The notes below the pieces were generated by a model, which ran no database searches, was not told the DNA's origin, and saw only the letters and a list, made by a program, of their open reading frames with translations. Source: an uncultured Gammaproteobacteria bacterium (lineage in GTDB: Bacteria; Pseudomonadota; Gammaproteobacteria; CAWCPV01). Taken from it: DNA of 64,000 bases. Numbering within the stretch: the stretch's first letter is position 1; every line of letters begins with the position of its first letter. The DNA lies in the NCBI GenBank assembly GCA_963797555.1, contig CAWCPV010000003.1, forward strand, positions 928,001 through 992,000, in the 5' to 3' direction. This document shows positions 18,971-30,655 of the stretch, piece after piece. A program made the translations under genes and the position numbers.

Positions 18971-19741
18971 TCAGCGCAGGATGCCGCGCTGTGACTGCTC
19001 CAAGAAGCCCACTAGCAGGCTCACCTCTGGACACTCCTGAGCAAGGATGTGCAGGCGCTCTAGTGCCTGGGCCGCGGTGAGGCCGGAGCGATAGAGCACC
19101 CGGTAGGCACGGCGGAGTGTGGCAACGACTTCGGGGCCAAACCCCCGCCTGCGCAATCCCTCGGTGTTGATCCCCCGCGGACGAGCCAGTTGGCCAGCGA
19201 CGGTCACGAAGGGAGGGACGTCCTTGTGGATGTGACTGCCAAATGCGCACAAGCAGTGGGCGCCGAGCCTGCAGAACTGGTACACCAGCGTGAAGCCGCC
19301 CAGAAACGCGTAGTCGGCCACCTGTACATGGCCGGCCAGCGAAGCACCGTTGGCGAAGATAGTATGGCTGCCCACCTCGCAGTCGTGAGCGATGTGCACA
19401 TAAGCCATTATCCAATTGTCATCGCCGATACGGGTGACGCCTCCGCCCTGCACCGTGCCGCGGTTGATACTGCAGTACTCGCGGATGACGTTTCCCGCGC
19501 CGATCTCGAGCCAGGTACGCTCGCCTCGGTACTTCTTGTCCTGCGGGACATCCCCGATCGAGGCGAACTGGAACACCTTGTTGTCGGGGCCGATGCGCGT
19601 CGGCCCCTGGATGACTGCATGCGGTCCTACCTTCGTCCCGGAGGCGATCTCCACATCCGCGCCAATGATCGCGTACGGACCAATGGATACGTCCTCAGCG
19701 ATGCACGCAGAAGGATGGATGATCGCCCGCTCATCGATCAC
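18971..19741 (-). CDS. lpxA: UDP-N-acetylglucosamine acyltransferase
   Basis: Hexapeptide repeats, [16 protein letters not shown]. Confidence 0.96.
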   Translation of the reverse strand: MIDERAIIHPSACIAEDVSIGPYAIIGADVEIASGTKVGPHAVIQGPTRIGPDNKVFQFASIGDVPQDKKYRGERTWLEIGAGNVIREYCSINRGTVQGGGVTRIGDDNWIMAYVHIAHDCEVGSHTIFANGASLAGHVQVADYAFLGGFTLVYQFCRLGAHCLCAFGSHIHKDVPPFVTVAGQLARPRGINTEGLRRRGFGPEVVATLRRAYRVLYRSGLTAAQALERLHILAQECPEVSLLVGFLEQSQRGILR

Positions 19742-20199
19742 GGCTCTATTTCCTTGATGGTGGTCATGAGTTCGGCCTGGGATACTACCGCACCCTCCAC
19801 GGTGGCCTCCGCCGAGAAGCGCCACACGCCCCTCAGGCTGCGGGTGAGGATCACCTCAATGAGCATGCGGTCTCCGGGAGTAACGGGTCGCTTGAAACGC
19901 GCCTTGTCGATCCCGACAAAGTAATACACGCATCGCGCGTCCGACCGAACCAGACCGCTCACGAAGGCGAGGACTCCGGTCGCCTGGGCCATCGCCTCCA
20001 CGATGAGCACGCCCGGCATCACGGGATGCCCCGGAAAGTGGCCCTGGAAGAACGGCTCGTTGATGGTGACGTTTTTCACGGCGGTCAGGGACTTGCCGGG
20101 CACGTAGTCCACTACCCGGTCGATCAGCAGGAAGGGATAGCGGTGAGGGAGGTACCTGAGGATCTGCCGAACGTCCAGAACGGTCTGTGTGTCAGTCAT
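19738..20199 (-). CDS. fabZ: 3-hydroxyacyl-ACP dehydratase
   Basis: [34 protein letters not shown]. Confidence 0.97.
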   Translation of the reverse strand: MTDTQTVLDVRQILRYLPHRYPFLLIDRVVDYVPGKSLTAVKNVTINEPFFQGHFPGHPVMPGVLIVEAMAQATGVLAFVSGLVRSDARCVYYFVGIDKARFKRPVTPGDRMLIEVILTRSLRGVWRFSAEATVEGAVVSQAELMTTIKEIEP

Positions 20200-21244
20200 G
20201 ACGGGCCAGCTTCTTCTCGAGCGCTTGCACGCGACGTGCGAGATCCTCGATACGGCGGAAATGACCTATGGCACGGCGCCACGCCCGATTGGGTTGCGCC
20301 GGCATGCCCGAGGAGTACATGCCCGGCTCAAGGATGGACTTGGTGATCATAGACATCCCGGTGATCTGAACCCCGTCAGCGATGTGTAGATGGCCGCCGA
20401 TCCCAGTTCCCCCGCCGATGGCGCAACGCTTACCGATAGTGGTACTGCCGGCAATACCGACACAGCCTGCGATGGCGGTCTGGGCCCCGATGTGCACGTT
20501 ATGGCCTACCTGGATCTGATTGTCCAGCTTCACACCGTCATCGATCACGGTATCTTCGATGGTACCGCGGTCGACGGTGGTATTGGCGCCGATCTCCACA
20601 TCATCGCCGATCCAGACCCGACCAAGCTGCGGGACCTTGATCCAGGCTTCCCCGTCGTTCGCCATCCCGAACCCGTCGCTGCCGATGACAACCCCCGGGT
20701 GGATCAGTGCACGCTTCCCGATACATGTCCTCCGGCACAGCACGACCTGCGCCACCAACTGGCTGCCCTCTCCGATGACGCACCCCTCACCCACGTAGCA
20801 GCTTGGTCCGATTTGCACGTGGGGACCGATCTCCGCACCGCGCTCAATGACGGTGTAAGGCCCAATCCACGCACTCTGGTGGATGCGGCTCTCCGGACCC
20901 ACGCAGGCTGTCTGGTCAATTCCTCGGCGCCGCGGAGTCGGCCCATGCAGCAGTGCCGCGACCTTCGCGAACGTGACGTAAGGGTTATCCACAACCCAGG
21001 CGGCCACGGGACAACCGTCGGCCTCTTCGGAAGACAAGATCACGGCCGAGGCTGCGGTGCTCGCCAGGTACCTGCGGTAGCGCCGATTCGCGAGAAACGT
21101 GACGGTCCCCGGCAGGGCCCGCTGGATAGGCGCAACGTCAGCGATCACACAGTCGTGATCCCCGTGGATAACCCCACCCAGGCGGCGCGCCAGCTCACCC
21201 AGAGTATATCCGGAAAGCCCCGGCACCCCGCCCTCCGCGGTCAC
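20192..21244 (-). CDS. lpxD: UDP-3-O-acylglucosamine N-acyltransferase
   Basis: [28 protein letters not shown]. Confidence 0.96.
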   Translation of the reverse strand: MTAEGGVPGLSGYTLGELARRLGGVIHGDHDCVIADVAPIQRALPGTVTFLANRRYRRYLASTAASAVILSSEEADGCPVAAWVVDNPYVTFAKVAALLHGPTPRRRGIDQTACVGPESRIHQSAWIGPYTVIERGAEIGPHVQIGPSCYVGEGCVIGEGSQLVAQVVLCRRTCIGKRALIHPGVVIGSDGFGMANDGEAWIKVPQLGRVWIGDDVEIGANTTVDRGTIEDTVIDDGVKLDNQIQVGHNVHIGAQTAIAGCVGIAGSTTIGKRCAIGGGTGIGGHLHIADGVQITGMSMITKSILEPGMYSSGMPAQPNRAWRRAIGHFRRIEDLARRVQALEKKLARHD

Positions 21245-21756
21245 TTCGTCCCCTTCTTCAAGCGCTCGAGCACCCGGTCAGTGATGTCCATGCGTTCGCC
21301 GGCATAGATCACCCCGTCGCCGAGCACCAAGTCGTACCTCTGGTCCTTGGCCAGGTCGGTGATCGCCTGAAAAACCTGCTTCTGTATCTTGTCGAATTCC
21401 TCGTTGCGCCGCAGATTGAAATCCTCGCGGAATTCCTGCTGGTCTCGGTCGAGGTCGCGACGCTTGTCACGGATCTGACGCTCTAGGTCGCGTCGCTGCA
21501 CGTCGCTCATGACGGCGCCGTCGCGGGAAAGCTTATCCTCCATGCGCTTCACATCCTTCTGTACAGCGGCCAAGGCCCGATCGCGGGGCGCGAACTCTTT
21601 CTCCAGGCGAGTGCGCGCCGCCTCCACCTGCGGCGCTTGCTCCAGGATCTTCTGGGCATTGACAACACCGATCTTGGTTTCGGCGGCCGTGGCCGACCCG
21701 GTGGGCAATAAACCGCTCACGACCAAGACAGCCAACGCAAGGCTAATGGGTTTCAA
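21241..21756 (-). CDS. skp: OmpH/Skp periplasmic chaperone
   Basis: Signal peptide, KIGVVN, coiled coil, YDLVL...DITDRVL; between bamA and lpxD. Confidence 0.93.
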   Translation of the reverse strand: MKPISLALAVLVVSGLLPTGSATAAETKIGVVNAQKILEQAPQVEAARTRLEKEFAPRDRALAAVQKDVKRMEDKLSRDGAVMSDVQRRDLERQIRDKRRDLDRDQQEFREDFNLRRNEEFDKIQKQVFQAITDLAKDQRYDLVLGDGVIYAGERMDITDRVLERLKKGTK

Positions 21757-21774
21757 GGTTAGTCTCCGGAAATC

Positions 21775-24051
21775 TCAAAATGCAGTGCCAATGGAAAACT
21801 GGAAAGGCTGACGTTGGTCACCCTTCTGTGCATTCAACGGCTCGGCCACGCTGAACTCGAGCGGACCGAGCGGCGAGAACCACTGCGCCGACAGGCCCGC
21901 AGAATAGCGCAGCCCAGCCAAGCTGGGCGTCTGCCCGGGTCCGTAGACTTGGCCTCCATCCACGAAGACGCCGAGACGGATCGCCTTGGTCTCAGTCATG
22001 AAAGGCGGGGGAAACAGCAACTCCGCACTGCCGACCACCCTGAAGTTCCCACCCAACGGATCGCCGTTCACCGAGCGGGGCCCCAAAGTATTGTCCTTGA
22101 AACCCCGCACCGAGCGTATGCCGCCGGCGTAGTAGTTCTCGAAGAATGGCAACTCCGACAAATCCCCGAATCCGTTGCCGTACCCGACCTGGCCTTGTAG
22201 GGAGCCCACCAGGATCTTGCCGATAGGGCGCCACCAATGGTCATTCAGAGCAACTTTGTAGTAATCCAGGTTTCCCAGTGGCATGCCCACCTCGAGATCT
22301 AAATTGTGAAGCAACCCACTGTTCGGGAAGATCGCCCGATCGCGCGTGTCGTGCGCCCACCCTCCGGTGAGCTTAGGCGCCTGATACTGCTCGCCATTCT
22401 GGGCAAGGAACGCAATATATTCGGGAGGCGTATCGCTGTTGGTGATTATTTTCGTATTCTGGTATCCCATCCCAAAGCGAATGGTGTCGAACTCCCCGAG
22501 CGGAATGCCATACCTCAGGTTCCCCCCCCAGTCATCGGAGGTGTATGGCCCGACATTCGCCTGCCCGGCATAAGTGGTCCGATAAAATAGGTTGACGCCG
22601 CTGCTCACACCGTTGATGGTGAAGTAGGGATTCAAGTAGTCAAGGCTATAGATCCTATTCACTTTGCTATTGCTGAACGCGGCGCTGACGCGCGTTCCCG
22701 TTCCCAGGAAGTTGTCCTGGCTCACGCTGGCGTTGAACAGGAATCCCTGGGTCTGGGAGTACCCGACCCCGGCCAGGAGGTTGCCCGAGGCCCGCTCGGT
22801 CACGGCTAAGTTGACGTCGACTTGGTCCGTAGTGCCCGGCACCGCAGGTGTCTCCACGTTGACATCCTCGAAGTACCCCAGCTTCTCCAGGCGGGTCCGC
22901 GAGAGCTTCACCTTGTCCGTAGACAGAAGTCCCGCCTCCATCTGGCGAATCTCGCGCCGCACCACCTCGTCCCGAGTCTTGAGGTTGCCCTTTATGTTGA
23001 TGCGGTTGACATAGGCGCGCCGACCCGGGTCGATGAAAAATGTCAGCGACACCTCTTTGGCCTTCTCGTCCAGATCCGGGATGGCGTTGACATTGGCGAA
23101 CGCGTAGCCATCCTTGCCCAACCGCTCGGACAGGCGCGTGGCGGTGTCGGTGACCTGTTTGCGGGAAAAGATATCCCCAGGCTTGACCTGCACCAGAGAC
23201 TGAAGCTCGCTTTGCGGGACCACCATGTCCCCCGAGAGCTTGACGTTCTTCACCTTGTATCTGTCGCCCTCAGTGATACCCAGGGCGATGTAAACGTCCT
23301 TCTTGTCGGGGGTGATAGACACCTGGGTAGAGTCGATGCTGAAGTTGACGAAGCCGCGGTCGAGATAAAAGGACCGAAGCGCCTCCAAGTCCGCAGCGAG
23401 CTTCTGCTTCGAATACTGATCGTTCTTCGTATAGAACGATAGCCAGTTGGGCGTGCTCAGCTGGAACACCTTGAGCAGCCGCTTAGTCGGGAAGGTCTTG
23501 TTGCCGACGATGTTGATCTCACGGATCTTGGCGATCCCGCCTTCGTGGATCTGGATAGCGATTGCGACCCGGTTGCGCTCGAGCGGTGTCACCGTAGTCT
23601 TGATTTGAACTCCATACCTCCCGAGGCCGAAATACTGCCGCTGCAACTCCTGCTCCACTCGGTCCAGCAGGGAACGGTTGAACACGCGTCCTCTGGCAAG
23701 GCCCACCCGTTCCAGGGCTTCCTTGAGCTGTTTGGTATCCAGGGCGTGGTTACCCGATATCTCGACGGCATCGATGGACGGACGTTCCTGCAATGATACG
23801 ACCAGCACGTCCCCGTCTCGCTCGAGGGAGACGTCCCTGAAGAACCCGGTTTTGTAAAGGGCGTGGATCGCCTGTCGTGCGCGCTTGTCGTCCAACGTCT
23901 CTCCTGCCTGGACCGGTAGGTAGTTGAACACCGTCCCGGCAGACAGCCTGCGCAGCCCCTCCACGCGGATGTCCTTGATCACGAACGGCTCGAAAGCCCA
24001 GGCATGGGTGGCGAACAACAGGGGAGCGAGCAGCACCAGGACCCGTTTCAT
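21775..24051 (-). CDS. bamA: Outer membrane protein assembly factor BamA
   Basis: POTRA repeats (DIRVEGL), YAGG..SVRGF, C-terminal FQFSIGTAF. Confidence 0.97.
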   Translation of the reverse strand: MKRVLVLLAPLLFATHAWAFEPFVIKDIRVEGLRRLSAGTVFNYLPVQAGETLDDKRARQAIHALYKTGFFRDVSLERDGDVLVVSLQERPSIDAVEISGNHALDTKQLKEALERVGLARGRVFNRSLLDRVEQELQRQYFGLGRYGVQIKTTVTPLERNRVAIAIQIHEGGIAKIREINIVGNKTFPTKRLLKVFQLSTPNWLSFYTKNDQYSKQKLAADLEALRSFYLDRGFVNFSIDSTQVSITPDKKDVYIALGITEGDRYKVKNVKLSGDMVVPQSELQSLVQVKPGDIFSRKQVTDTATRLSERLGKDGYAFANVNAIPDLDEKAKEVSLTFFIDPGRRAYVNRINIKGNLKTRDEVVRREIRQMEAGLLSTDKVKLSRTRLEKLGYFEDVNVETPAVPGTTDQVDVNLAVTERASGNLLAGVGYSQTQGFLFNASVSQDNFLGTGTRVSAAFSNSKVNRIYSLDYLNPYFTINGVSSGVNLFYRTTYAGQANVGPYTSDDWGGNLRYGIPLGEFDTIRFGMGYQNTKIITNSDTPPEYIAFLAQNGEQYQAPKLTGGWAHDTRDRAIFPNSGLLHNLDLEVGMPLGNLDYYKVALNDHWWRPIGKILVGSLQGQVGYGNGFGDLSELPFFENYYAGGIRSVRGFKDNTLGPRSVNGDPLGGNFRVVGSAELLFPPPFMTETKAIRLGVFVDGGQVYGPGQTPSLAGLRYSAGLSAQWFSPLGPLEFSVAEPLNAQKGDQRQPFQFSIGTAF

Positions 24052-24114
24052 ATCGGTCCCGGGATGAGCGCATGCCGGCGTGGGCGCGGCGGGTAATGCG
24101 CGCTCCAGCATCCA

Positions 24115-25485
24115 CTAATGAAACAGTCGGGTGAGATCATTGTAAAAAGCCACTCCCATCAACGCCAGCAACAACGCGATGCCAACCCGCTGCCCGAGCA
24201 CTTGCGCCTGTTCGGAGAGCGGGCTGCCCTTAGCAAGCTCTATAAGGTAATAGAGAAGGTGTCCGCCATCCAGCACCGGGATGGGAAGCATGTTCAGTAC
24301 TCCCAGGCTGACGCTCACCAGCCCTAGGAAAGCCAGGAACGTGGCCAGACCCACGCTGGCCGCCTGTCCCGCGTACTGGGCGATGCTGATCGGCCCACTG
24401 ATGTTCTGCCAGGAGGCCTGGCCCACGACCATCTTCCCCAGGAGCTGAACAGTGAGCGTGGCCATCTGCCAGGTCTTCTCGGCGCCGGCTAAGAAGGCGC
24501 GCGGGGGTGCATAGCGCACCGTAGCGACGTAGCCCTTTCCGACCGGGGCAGGCGAGAGCCGGACCGCCGCGCCGATGTATCCAACGACCTTGCCCGCCTC
24601 CGTCGTCATGGGCTCGGGCCTGATCTCCAGCTCCACCCGAGTGCCGTCCCGCACCGCGATCGTGTGCAGCACCTTATTGGGACGATCGCGCACGTACTGG
24701 ACCCACTCCTCCCAGTCGCGAACCGGTTGACCGTCGACGGACACGATGCGATCCCCCGCCCGGAGTTGAGCCCGGTAGGCGGCGCCTCCGGGAACCACTC
24801 GCCCGATCACCGGTGGAATGTCGGGTCGCCAAGCACGGATGCCAATCTCGTGCAGCAGGTTCCCGGCGTTGACCTGGATCGGTTCGGCGCCGAGGTCCAG
24901 GGTCGCGGTCCGGACGCGACCGCCCGGGTCACGTACGGTGAGATCCGCCACGTCGCCGTCCAACACGTCGGGCAACAGAGCCAGCACAACAGCTTCCCAC
25001 GTGCCGGTGCCCTCCCCGTCGACCTTGATGATCTCGTCTCGGGGCGCGAGGCCTGCCTCGGCGGCCGGCGACTGCGGCGTCACGGCACCCACCACTGGCC
25101 GCACTCCGGTCACCCCGACCATGAACATGACCCAGTAGGCGACTACGGCAAAGAGGAAATTGAATAGGGGGCCGGCCAACACGATGGCGGCGCGCCGCGC
25201 GATGGGCTGGCGATTGAAGGCACGATGAGCTTCCTCGGCCGGCACGCTACCTTCCGTCTCGTCCAACATCTTCACGTAACCGCCCAAGGGAAGGGCCGCG
25301 ACGACGTACTCCGTGCGATCTGAACCGCGTCGCCAGGATAGAAGCGGACGTCCAAAACCGATGGAGAAGCGCAGTACCTTGACCCCCAGGCGCCGGGCGA
25401 CCCAGAAATGCCCAAACTCGTGCACGGTGACGAGCACGCCGATGGCCAGCGCAAACCACAGCAGCGATGGCAAGACCTCACCCAC
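24115..25485 (-). CDS. rseP: RIP metalloprotease RseP
   Basis: HEFGH, two PDZ domains, NMLPIPVLDGG. Confidence 0.96.
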   Translation of the reverse strand: MGEVLPSLLWFALAIGVLVTVHEFGHFWVARRLGVKVLRFSIGFGRPLLSWRRGSDRTEYVVAALPLGGYVKMLDETEGSVPAEEAHRAFNRQPIARRAAIVLAGPLFNFLFAVVAYWVMFMVGVTGVRPVVGAVTPQSPAAEAGLAPRDEIIKVDGEGTGTWEAVVLALLPDVLDGDVADLTVRDPGGRVRTATLDLGAEPIQVNAGNLLHEIGIRAWRPDIPPVIGRVVPGGAAYRAQLRAGDRIVSVDGQPVRDWEEWVQYVRDRPNKVLHTIAVRDGTRVELEIRPEPMTTEAGKVVGYIGAAVRLSPAPVGKGYVATVRYAPPRAFLAGAEKTWQMATLTVQLLGKMVVGQASWQNISGPISIAQYAGQAASVGLATFLAFLGLVSVSLGVLNMLPIPVLDGGHLLYYLIELAKGSPLSEQAQVLGQRVGIALLLALMGVAFYNDLTRLFH

Positions 25486-26674
25486 CGGATATGCGCCTGG
25501 TCCGACGGGCGATGTGATGTGAGGCCGCGGCGCGGGCCGCGCCATCATCTGCCAGAACAACGTCCAGGCTAGTGGCTTCGTGGGCGGTCACCGCGGCGAG
25601 CGCGGCGTCAACGACCTCGGGGATGCCCATGAAACCCAAGCGGCCGTCCAGGAACGCCTGGACCGCCACTTCGTTAGCCGCATTCAGGATGGCTGGTGCA
25701 GTGCCTGCCGCCGCCATCGCCTGTGCGGCGAGGCCGAGACAGGGATAACGCCGCGACTCCGGACGCGCGAAACCGAGTTGGGCCACCTCGAACAGATCCA
25801 AGCTGGGTGCCCCCGAAACAACCCGCTCGGGCCAGGACAAGGCATACGCAATGGGGATGCGCATGTCCGGCGAGCCCAGTTGCGCCAGGAAAGAGCCGTC
25901 CGCGTACTCCACCAGCGAGTGGATGACGCTCTGAGGATGAAGGACCACCTGAACCTGCTCCGGGGTCGCTCCAAACAGCCAGCAGGCCTCGATGACTTCC
26001 AGCCCCTTGTTCATCATGGTGGCGGAATCCACCGAGATCTTCGGACCCATGACCCAGTTGGGATGTTTGCAGGCCTGCTGGGGGGTCACTCCATGCAGGT
26101 CGGCCAGCGGCCAGGTACGAAACGGCCCCCCCGATCCCGTCAGCCAGAGGCGGCGCACCCCAGCCGTTTCCAGTCCCCCTGCGGACTGGCACGGCAGGCA
26201 TTGGAACAGGGCGTTGTGCTCGCTGTCCACAGGAAGCAGTTGTGCGCCGCTGCGACGCACCTCATCCATGAAGACTTGGCCGCCCATCACCAGGGCTTCC
26301 TTGTTTGCCAGGAGCAGGCGCTTGCCGCTACGGGCCGCCGCCAAGCTCGAGCCCAGTCCCGCCGCCCCGACTATCGCGGCAACCACGGAGTGCACCTGTG
26401 GAAGGGAGGCCACGGTTTCGAGCTCCACCGCGCCCGCAAGCACGCGTACACCGGTCGCCCCACCGTTGAGCAGGCGGTGCAGCCAATCCGCCGCGTCAGC
26501 ATCCACCATCACCGCGAATTCTGGCCGATGCTCCCGGCACAGTGCGGCCATGCGCTCGGCATCGCGGTGCGCCGTCAGGGCCACGACCCGGTAACGGTCC
26601 CGGTGCCGGCGGATCACGTCCAGCGTGTTGGACCCTATGGAGCCCGTGGCCCCGAGGATCGTGACGCCAATCAT
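25478..26674 (-). CDS. dxr: 1-deoxy-D-xylulose-5-phosphate reductoisomerase
   Basis: LGATGSIG, LANKE, PVDSEH, HPNWVMGPKISVDSATMMNKGLE. Confidence 0.97.
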   Translation of the reverse strand: MIGVTILGATGSIGSNTLDVIRRHRDRYRVVALTAHRDAERMAALCREHRPEFAVMVDADAADWLHRLLNGGATGVRVLAGAVELETVASLPQVHSVVAAIVGAAGLGSSLAAARSGKRLLLANKEALVMGGQVFMDEVRRSGAQLLPVDSEHNALFQCLPCQSAGGLETAGVRRLWLTGSGGPFRTWPLADLHGVTPQQACKHPNWVMGPKISVDSATMMNKGLEVIEACWLFGATPEQVQVVLHPQSVIHSLVEYADGSFLAQLGSPDMRIPIAYALSWPERVVSGAPSLDLFEVAQLGFARPESRRYPCLGLAAQAMAAAGTAPAILNAANEVAVQAFLDGRLGFMGIPEVVDAALAAVTAHEATSLDVVLADDGAARAAASHHIARRTRRISGG

Positions 26675-27477
26675 TTCGCTGCCTCCAGCCAAAATAGGCC
26701 CAGCATAAAAAGCGGGGCGGCAGCCGTCAAACTATCGACTCGGTCCAGGACCCCGCCGTGTCCGGGCAGCAGACGGCCGCTGTCCTTCACCCCCGCCACG
26801 CGCTTACACATACTCTCCAGCAGGTCGCCGAGCATGGCGAAGACCACCGTGGCCATCCCCAAACCAATCAGACGGACCCACTGAACACCGCCCAGCCCCA
26901 GCACTGGTGCCGCAAGTACCGAGAGAGATACACCTGCGAGCAAACCCGCCCATGCACCCTCCCATGTCTTTCCCGGGCTGATGCGCGGGGCCAACCGCCG
27001 ACTGCCCCAGCGCCGCCCCACCAGAAACGCTGCACTGTCCGCGGCCCAAACCAGCCCAAGCAGAAACAGCAGATAGAGATGCCCATGTGGGGACACCTCG
27101 TGCACGGCCACCAGGGCACGCCAGGCGGGCACCAGGACCGCGACACCCACCAGCCCGCGCATCCAGACTGGGGCCAGGCCGGGCCCGCGGCCCGAGATGA
27201 GCACCCACGCGGCCGCCAGGAACCACCACACAAGAGCCGCGGTCATCAGAGACAGCAGATTGACGCGCAACGATCCCCACAGCAGCAGCGCTATTAGACC
27301 GACATAGGACGCCCGCCCTGCGGCGTGGGTGATGCCGCTCAACACGCTCCACTCCCAGGCCGCGAGTCCGGCAATAATGGAAAAAGCCAGAGCCAGCAAA
27401 GATGTGGGCAGAAGCAGCACGCCGCCGACCACGAACGGAATTAGCAGCGCGGCGGTGATCAGGCGCTGGCTAACCAC
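26671..27477 (-). CDS. cdsA: Phosphatidate cytidylyltransferase
   Basis: SPGKTWEG, GDLLES..KR..GVKDSG.LLPGHGGVLDRVDS. Confidence 0.96.
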   Translation of the reverse strand: MVSQRLITAALLIPFVVGGVLLLPTSLLALAFSIIAGLAAWEWSVLSGITHAAGRASYVGLIALLLWGSLRVNLLSLMTAALVWWFLAAAWVLISGRGPGLAPVWMRGLVGVAVLVPAWRALVAVHEVSPHGHLYLLFLLGLVWAADSAAFLVGRRWGSRRLAPRISPGKTWEGAWAGLLAGVSLSVLAAPVLGLGGVQWVRLIGLGMATVVFAMLGDLLESMCKRVAGVKDSGRLLPGHGGVLDRVDSLTAAAPLFMLGLFWLEAAK

Positions 27478-28264
27478 CCAGCGATTTCTTCCTCACCTGC
27501 TCCACTTGCTCCCCGGTATGGCCGAGTCGTCGCTGCCGCCTCGCAAAGGAGACGAGGGCGGCCTCCAGAGCCGGACGATCGAAATCGGGCCACAGGGCAT
27601 CGGTGAAGTACAGCTCCGTATAGGCGAGCTGCCAGAGCAGGAAGTTGCTGATGCGCTGCTCGCCCCCAGTGCGGATGAACAGGTCGGGCTCGGGGAGATC
27701 GTGCAGGCAGAGGAACGAAGCGAGCACTTCAGGAGTGACGTCGGCAGCACGCAGATCTCCCGCTTCCACACGCTCAGCCACCTGCTGGGCCGCCTGGCCG
27801 ATGTCCCAGCGGCCCCCGTAGTTGACCGCCACCACTAGGTTGAGCCCCCCGTTGGGCGCCGTCAGAGCCTCAGCGGCGGCTACGCGTTCCTGGAGCTTCT
27901 GGGAGAAGGCGCTACGCTCACCGATGATACGCAGCCGGACGTCGCTTTCGTGCAGGTGCTTGACCTCCCGCTGCAACGCCTTCATGAACAAATCCATGAG
28001 CATGCTCACTTCCTGTTCAGGTCGGCGCCAGTTCTCGCTGCTGAACGCGAACAGAGTGAGTACCCTGATGCCCTTTTCGCCGCACACCTTCACCACCCGA
28101 CGTACGGCCTCGATTCCCGCCTGGTGGCCGGCAATACGCGGCAGATGCCGCCGCCTGGCCCATCGGCCATTGCCATCCATAATGATGGCCACGTGTCGGG
28201 GAACCTGAAGCGTCAACACGGTGTACAGGTCGGAGTCCGCCGTATCAGGGCTAGGCTTAAGCAT
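27470..28264 (-). CDS. uppS: Undecaprenyl diphosphate synthase
   Basis: HVAIIMDGNGRWA, FSSENWRRP, IRTGGEQRISNF. Confidence 0.96.
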   Translation of the reverse strand: MLKPSPDTADSDLYTVLTLQVPRHVAIIMDGNGRWARRRHLPRIAGHQAGIEAVRRVVKVCGEKGIRVLTLFAFSSENWRRPEQEVSMLMDLFMKALQREVKHLHESDVRLRIIGERSAFSQKLQERVAAAEALTAPNGGLNLVVAVNYGGRWDIGQAAQQVAERVEAGDLRAADVTPEVLASFLCLHDLPEPDLFIRTGGEQRISNFLLWQLAYTELYFTDALWPDFDRPALEAALVSFARRQRRLGHTGEQVEQVRKKSLGG

Positions 28265-28355
28265 GGGACCTTTGCAGCACGAGGGGCCTGAGCGACAGTA
28301 CAGGGACTCGGCCCATCGCCCGGACGGGCGACGCATGCGAAGCGGAACGCACTCC

Positions 28356-28913
28356 TTAAACCGTCATGACTTCTTCTTCCTTGGCGTGCAGGACCTTGTC
28401 GACCTCAGCCACATACTTGTCCGTGAGTTTTTGGGTCTGCTCCTCGGCTCGACGTTCCTGGTCCTCGGAGATCTGTCTATCCTTGACAAGCTGTTTTAGT
28501 TCCGCAATGGCATCACGCCGGACGTTGCGGATAGCGACCCGGGCGTTTTCAGCGTCCGCACGCACGACCCGTACCAGGTCGCGCCGCCGCTCTTCAGTCA
28601 GAGGAGGAAGCGGCACACGGATCACGGTTCCGGCCGTCACCGGATTCAGCCCCAAATTCGAGTCGCGGATCGCTTTTTCCACAATCGTCACCACACTCTT
28701 GTCCCAGGGTGTAACGGTCAGCGTACGCGTATCCGAAACCGCGATGTTAGCCACTTGGTTGATGGGCATGTCGGCCCCGTAACAAAAAACCCTGATGTGC
28801 TCCAGCAGGCTGGTATGAGCCCGCCCGGTGCGCAGCTTCGCCAAGTCCTGTTTGAGGACCTCTATGCTCTTGGCCATGCGGCCCGCCGTCCGCTTCTGAA
28901 TCTCGTCAATCAT
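28356..28913 (-). CDS. frr: Ribosome recycling factor
   Basis: [27 protein letters not shown]. Confidence 0.97.
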   Translation of the reverse strand: MIDEIQKRTAGRMAKSIEVLKQDLAKLRTGRAHTSLLEHIRVFCYGADMPINQVANIAVSDTRTLTVTPWDKSVVTIVEKAIRDSNLGLNPVTAGTVIRVPLPPLTEERRRDLVRVVRADAENARVAIRNVRRDAIAELKQLVKDRQISEDQERRAEEQTQKLTDKYVAEVDKVLHAKEEEVMTV

Positions 28914-28985
28914 CTCGTTTGCCCACCGCCGGATCTGTCGAAGCCCATCATACACTCCCCCTCGACCCCCGGCGCCTGCCAGAGA

Positions 28986-29735
28986 CTATGCGATGGTGGC
29001 CACCCCCGCCGCGGGTACGCCGCCAGATATCAGGGTCCCCTCATCCTCCCCCATCACCACCCGGCGCATCGCCCCGGGCTTGGTCATGTCGAACACCCGA
29101 ATGGGCTTGTTGTGGTCTCGGCACAAAATGACAGCCGTAGCATCCATGACTTTGAGATCGCGCTGCAGCACCTCTTCGTAGGTCAGGCGGCTATAACGCT
29201 GCGCCGTCGGGTCGCACACCGGGTCAGCCGAATACACGCCATCGACCTTGGTCGCCTTGAGCACGAGATCCGCGTCGATCTCCACGCCGCGCAGGCTCGC
29301 GGCAGAGTCGGTGGTGAAAAACGGGTTGCCGGTGCCTCCGGCGAAGATGACCACCCGTCTCTTCTCCAGGTGCCGTACCGCCCGGCGCCGGATATAGTCC
29401 TCGCACACTTGGTGCATCTGCAGCGCAGACATGACCCGTGTGAGCACACGATTCTTTTCGAGGGCACTCTGCAACGCCAGGGCGTTGATTACCGTCGCCA
29501 GCATTCCCATCTGGTCGGCCGTCACCCGGTCAACGCCGCTCGCCGCCAGCTCGGCGCCGCGCAGGATATTGCCGCCGCCGATAACCGCCGCGACTTGCAC
29601 GCCGAGCTGAACCAGATCACCGATCTCTACGGCCATGCGGTCCAGTACCGCGGGGCTGATCCCGGATCTGCCCGCACCCATGAGGGCCTCTCCGCTCAGC
29701 TTCAACAGGATGCGACGGTAGGATGGTACGGGCAA
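28986..29735 (-). CDS. pyrH: UMP kinase
   Basis: [35 protein letters not shown]. Confidence 0.97.
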   Translation of the reverse strand: MPVPSYRRILLKLSGEALMGAGRSGISPAVLDRMAVEIGDLVQLGVQVAAVIGGGNILRGAELAASGVDRVTADQMGMLATVINALALQSALEKNRVLTRVMSALQMHQVCEDYIRRRAVRHLEKRRVVIFAGGTGNPFFTTDSAASLRGVEIDADLVLKATKVDGVYSADPVCDPTAQRYSRLTYEEVLQRDLKVMDATAVILCRDHNKPIRVFDMTKPGAMRRVVMGEDEGTLISGGVPAAGVATIA

Positions 29736-29739
29736 AAGC

Positions 29740-30621
29740 TCAGCGTCCGCTCTGCACCTGCGCCATGACCTCTGCGGCGAAGTCGTCGGAGCGCTTCTCC
29801 AGCCCCTCACCCACTTCGAAGCGCTCGAAACGCCGCACCTCGGCGCCGGCCAGCAGATCCCCCACGGTGATGTCCGGATTCTTGACGAAGGGCTGCCCGA
29901 GCAGCGTCACCTCGGCGACGAACTTCTTGAGCCTGCCCTCCACCATCTTCTCGATGATATCGGCTGTCTTGCCGCTCGCCGCTGCCTGCGCGGCATAAAC
30001 GTCTCGCTCCTGGGCCAGGAGAGCTTCGGGAACCTGCGCCGGGGAAACACACACGGGCCGGCTGGCGGCGATGTGCATGGCGACATCTTTGGCCGTTTGG
30101 GGGTCCCCGCCGAGCAACTCCACCAGGACGCCGATGCGCGTCCCGTGGACATAGCTCGCCAAAATAGCGTCATCGCTGTGCATGCAGGCGCAACGTCGCA
30201 CGCTGATGTTCTCCCCGAGGCGAGCGACTAGCTCCTGACGCCGGTGCTCGATGCTCGTCCCCGCCTCGATCGGCAGCTCCATGAGGCCTGCAAGCTCGCT
30301 CGGCTGGGCCGGTGCGGCGGCTCGCGCCACGCCCTGGGTGAACGCCCGAAAATCCTCGCCCTTGGCCACAAAGTCGGTTTCGCAGTTGACCTCCACCATC
30401 GCCGCCTTGCCGCCTCGTGGATCCATCTCGATCGCGATCAGCCCCTCTGCGGCAATCCTTCCCGCCTTCTTGACCGCCTTGGCCAGACCGGACTTGCGCA
30501 GCCACTCGGCGGCCGCCTCAATGTCGCCGCCGGTCTCCACCAATGCCTTCTTGCATTCCATCATGCCCGCGCCACTGCGGTCACGCAGTTCCTTGACGAG
30601 CGCCGCTGGAATGTTGGTCAT
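29740..30621 (-). CDS. tsf: Elongation factor Ts
   Basis: [29 protein letters not shown]. Confidence 0.98.
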   Translation of the reverse strand: MTNIPAALVKELRDRSGAGMMECKKALVETGGDIEAAAEWLRKSGLAKAVKKAGRIAAEGLIAIEMDPRGGKAAMVEVNCETDFVAKGEDFRAFTQGVARAAAPAQPSELAGLMELPIEAGTSIEHRRQELVARLGENISVRRCACMHSDDAILASYVHGTRIGVLVELLGGDPQTAKDVAMHIAASRPVCVSPAQVPEALLAQERDVYAAQAAASGKTADIIEKMVEGRLKKFVAEVTLLGQPFVKNPDITVGDLLAGAEVRRFERFEVGEGLEKRSDDFAAEVMAQVQSGR

Positions 30622-30655
30622 GCTGATTCTCCTGCTACCTTGCCGCCCATCGCGT

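Noticed and set aside
17748-19415. Long N-terminal extensions in the ORF track (lpxB, tsf, sigma54 activator from 54632, DUF488 from 60060)
   Set aside because: Extensions overlap neighbouring genes or look non-coding; family homology starts at downstream codons
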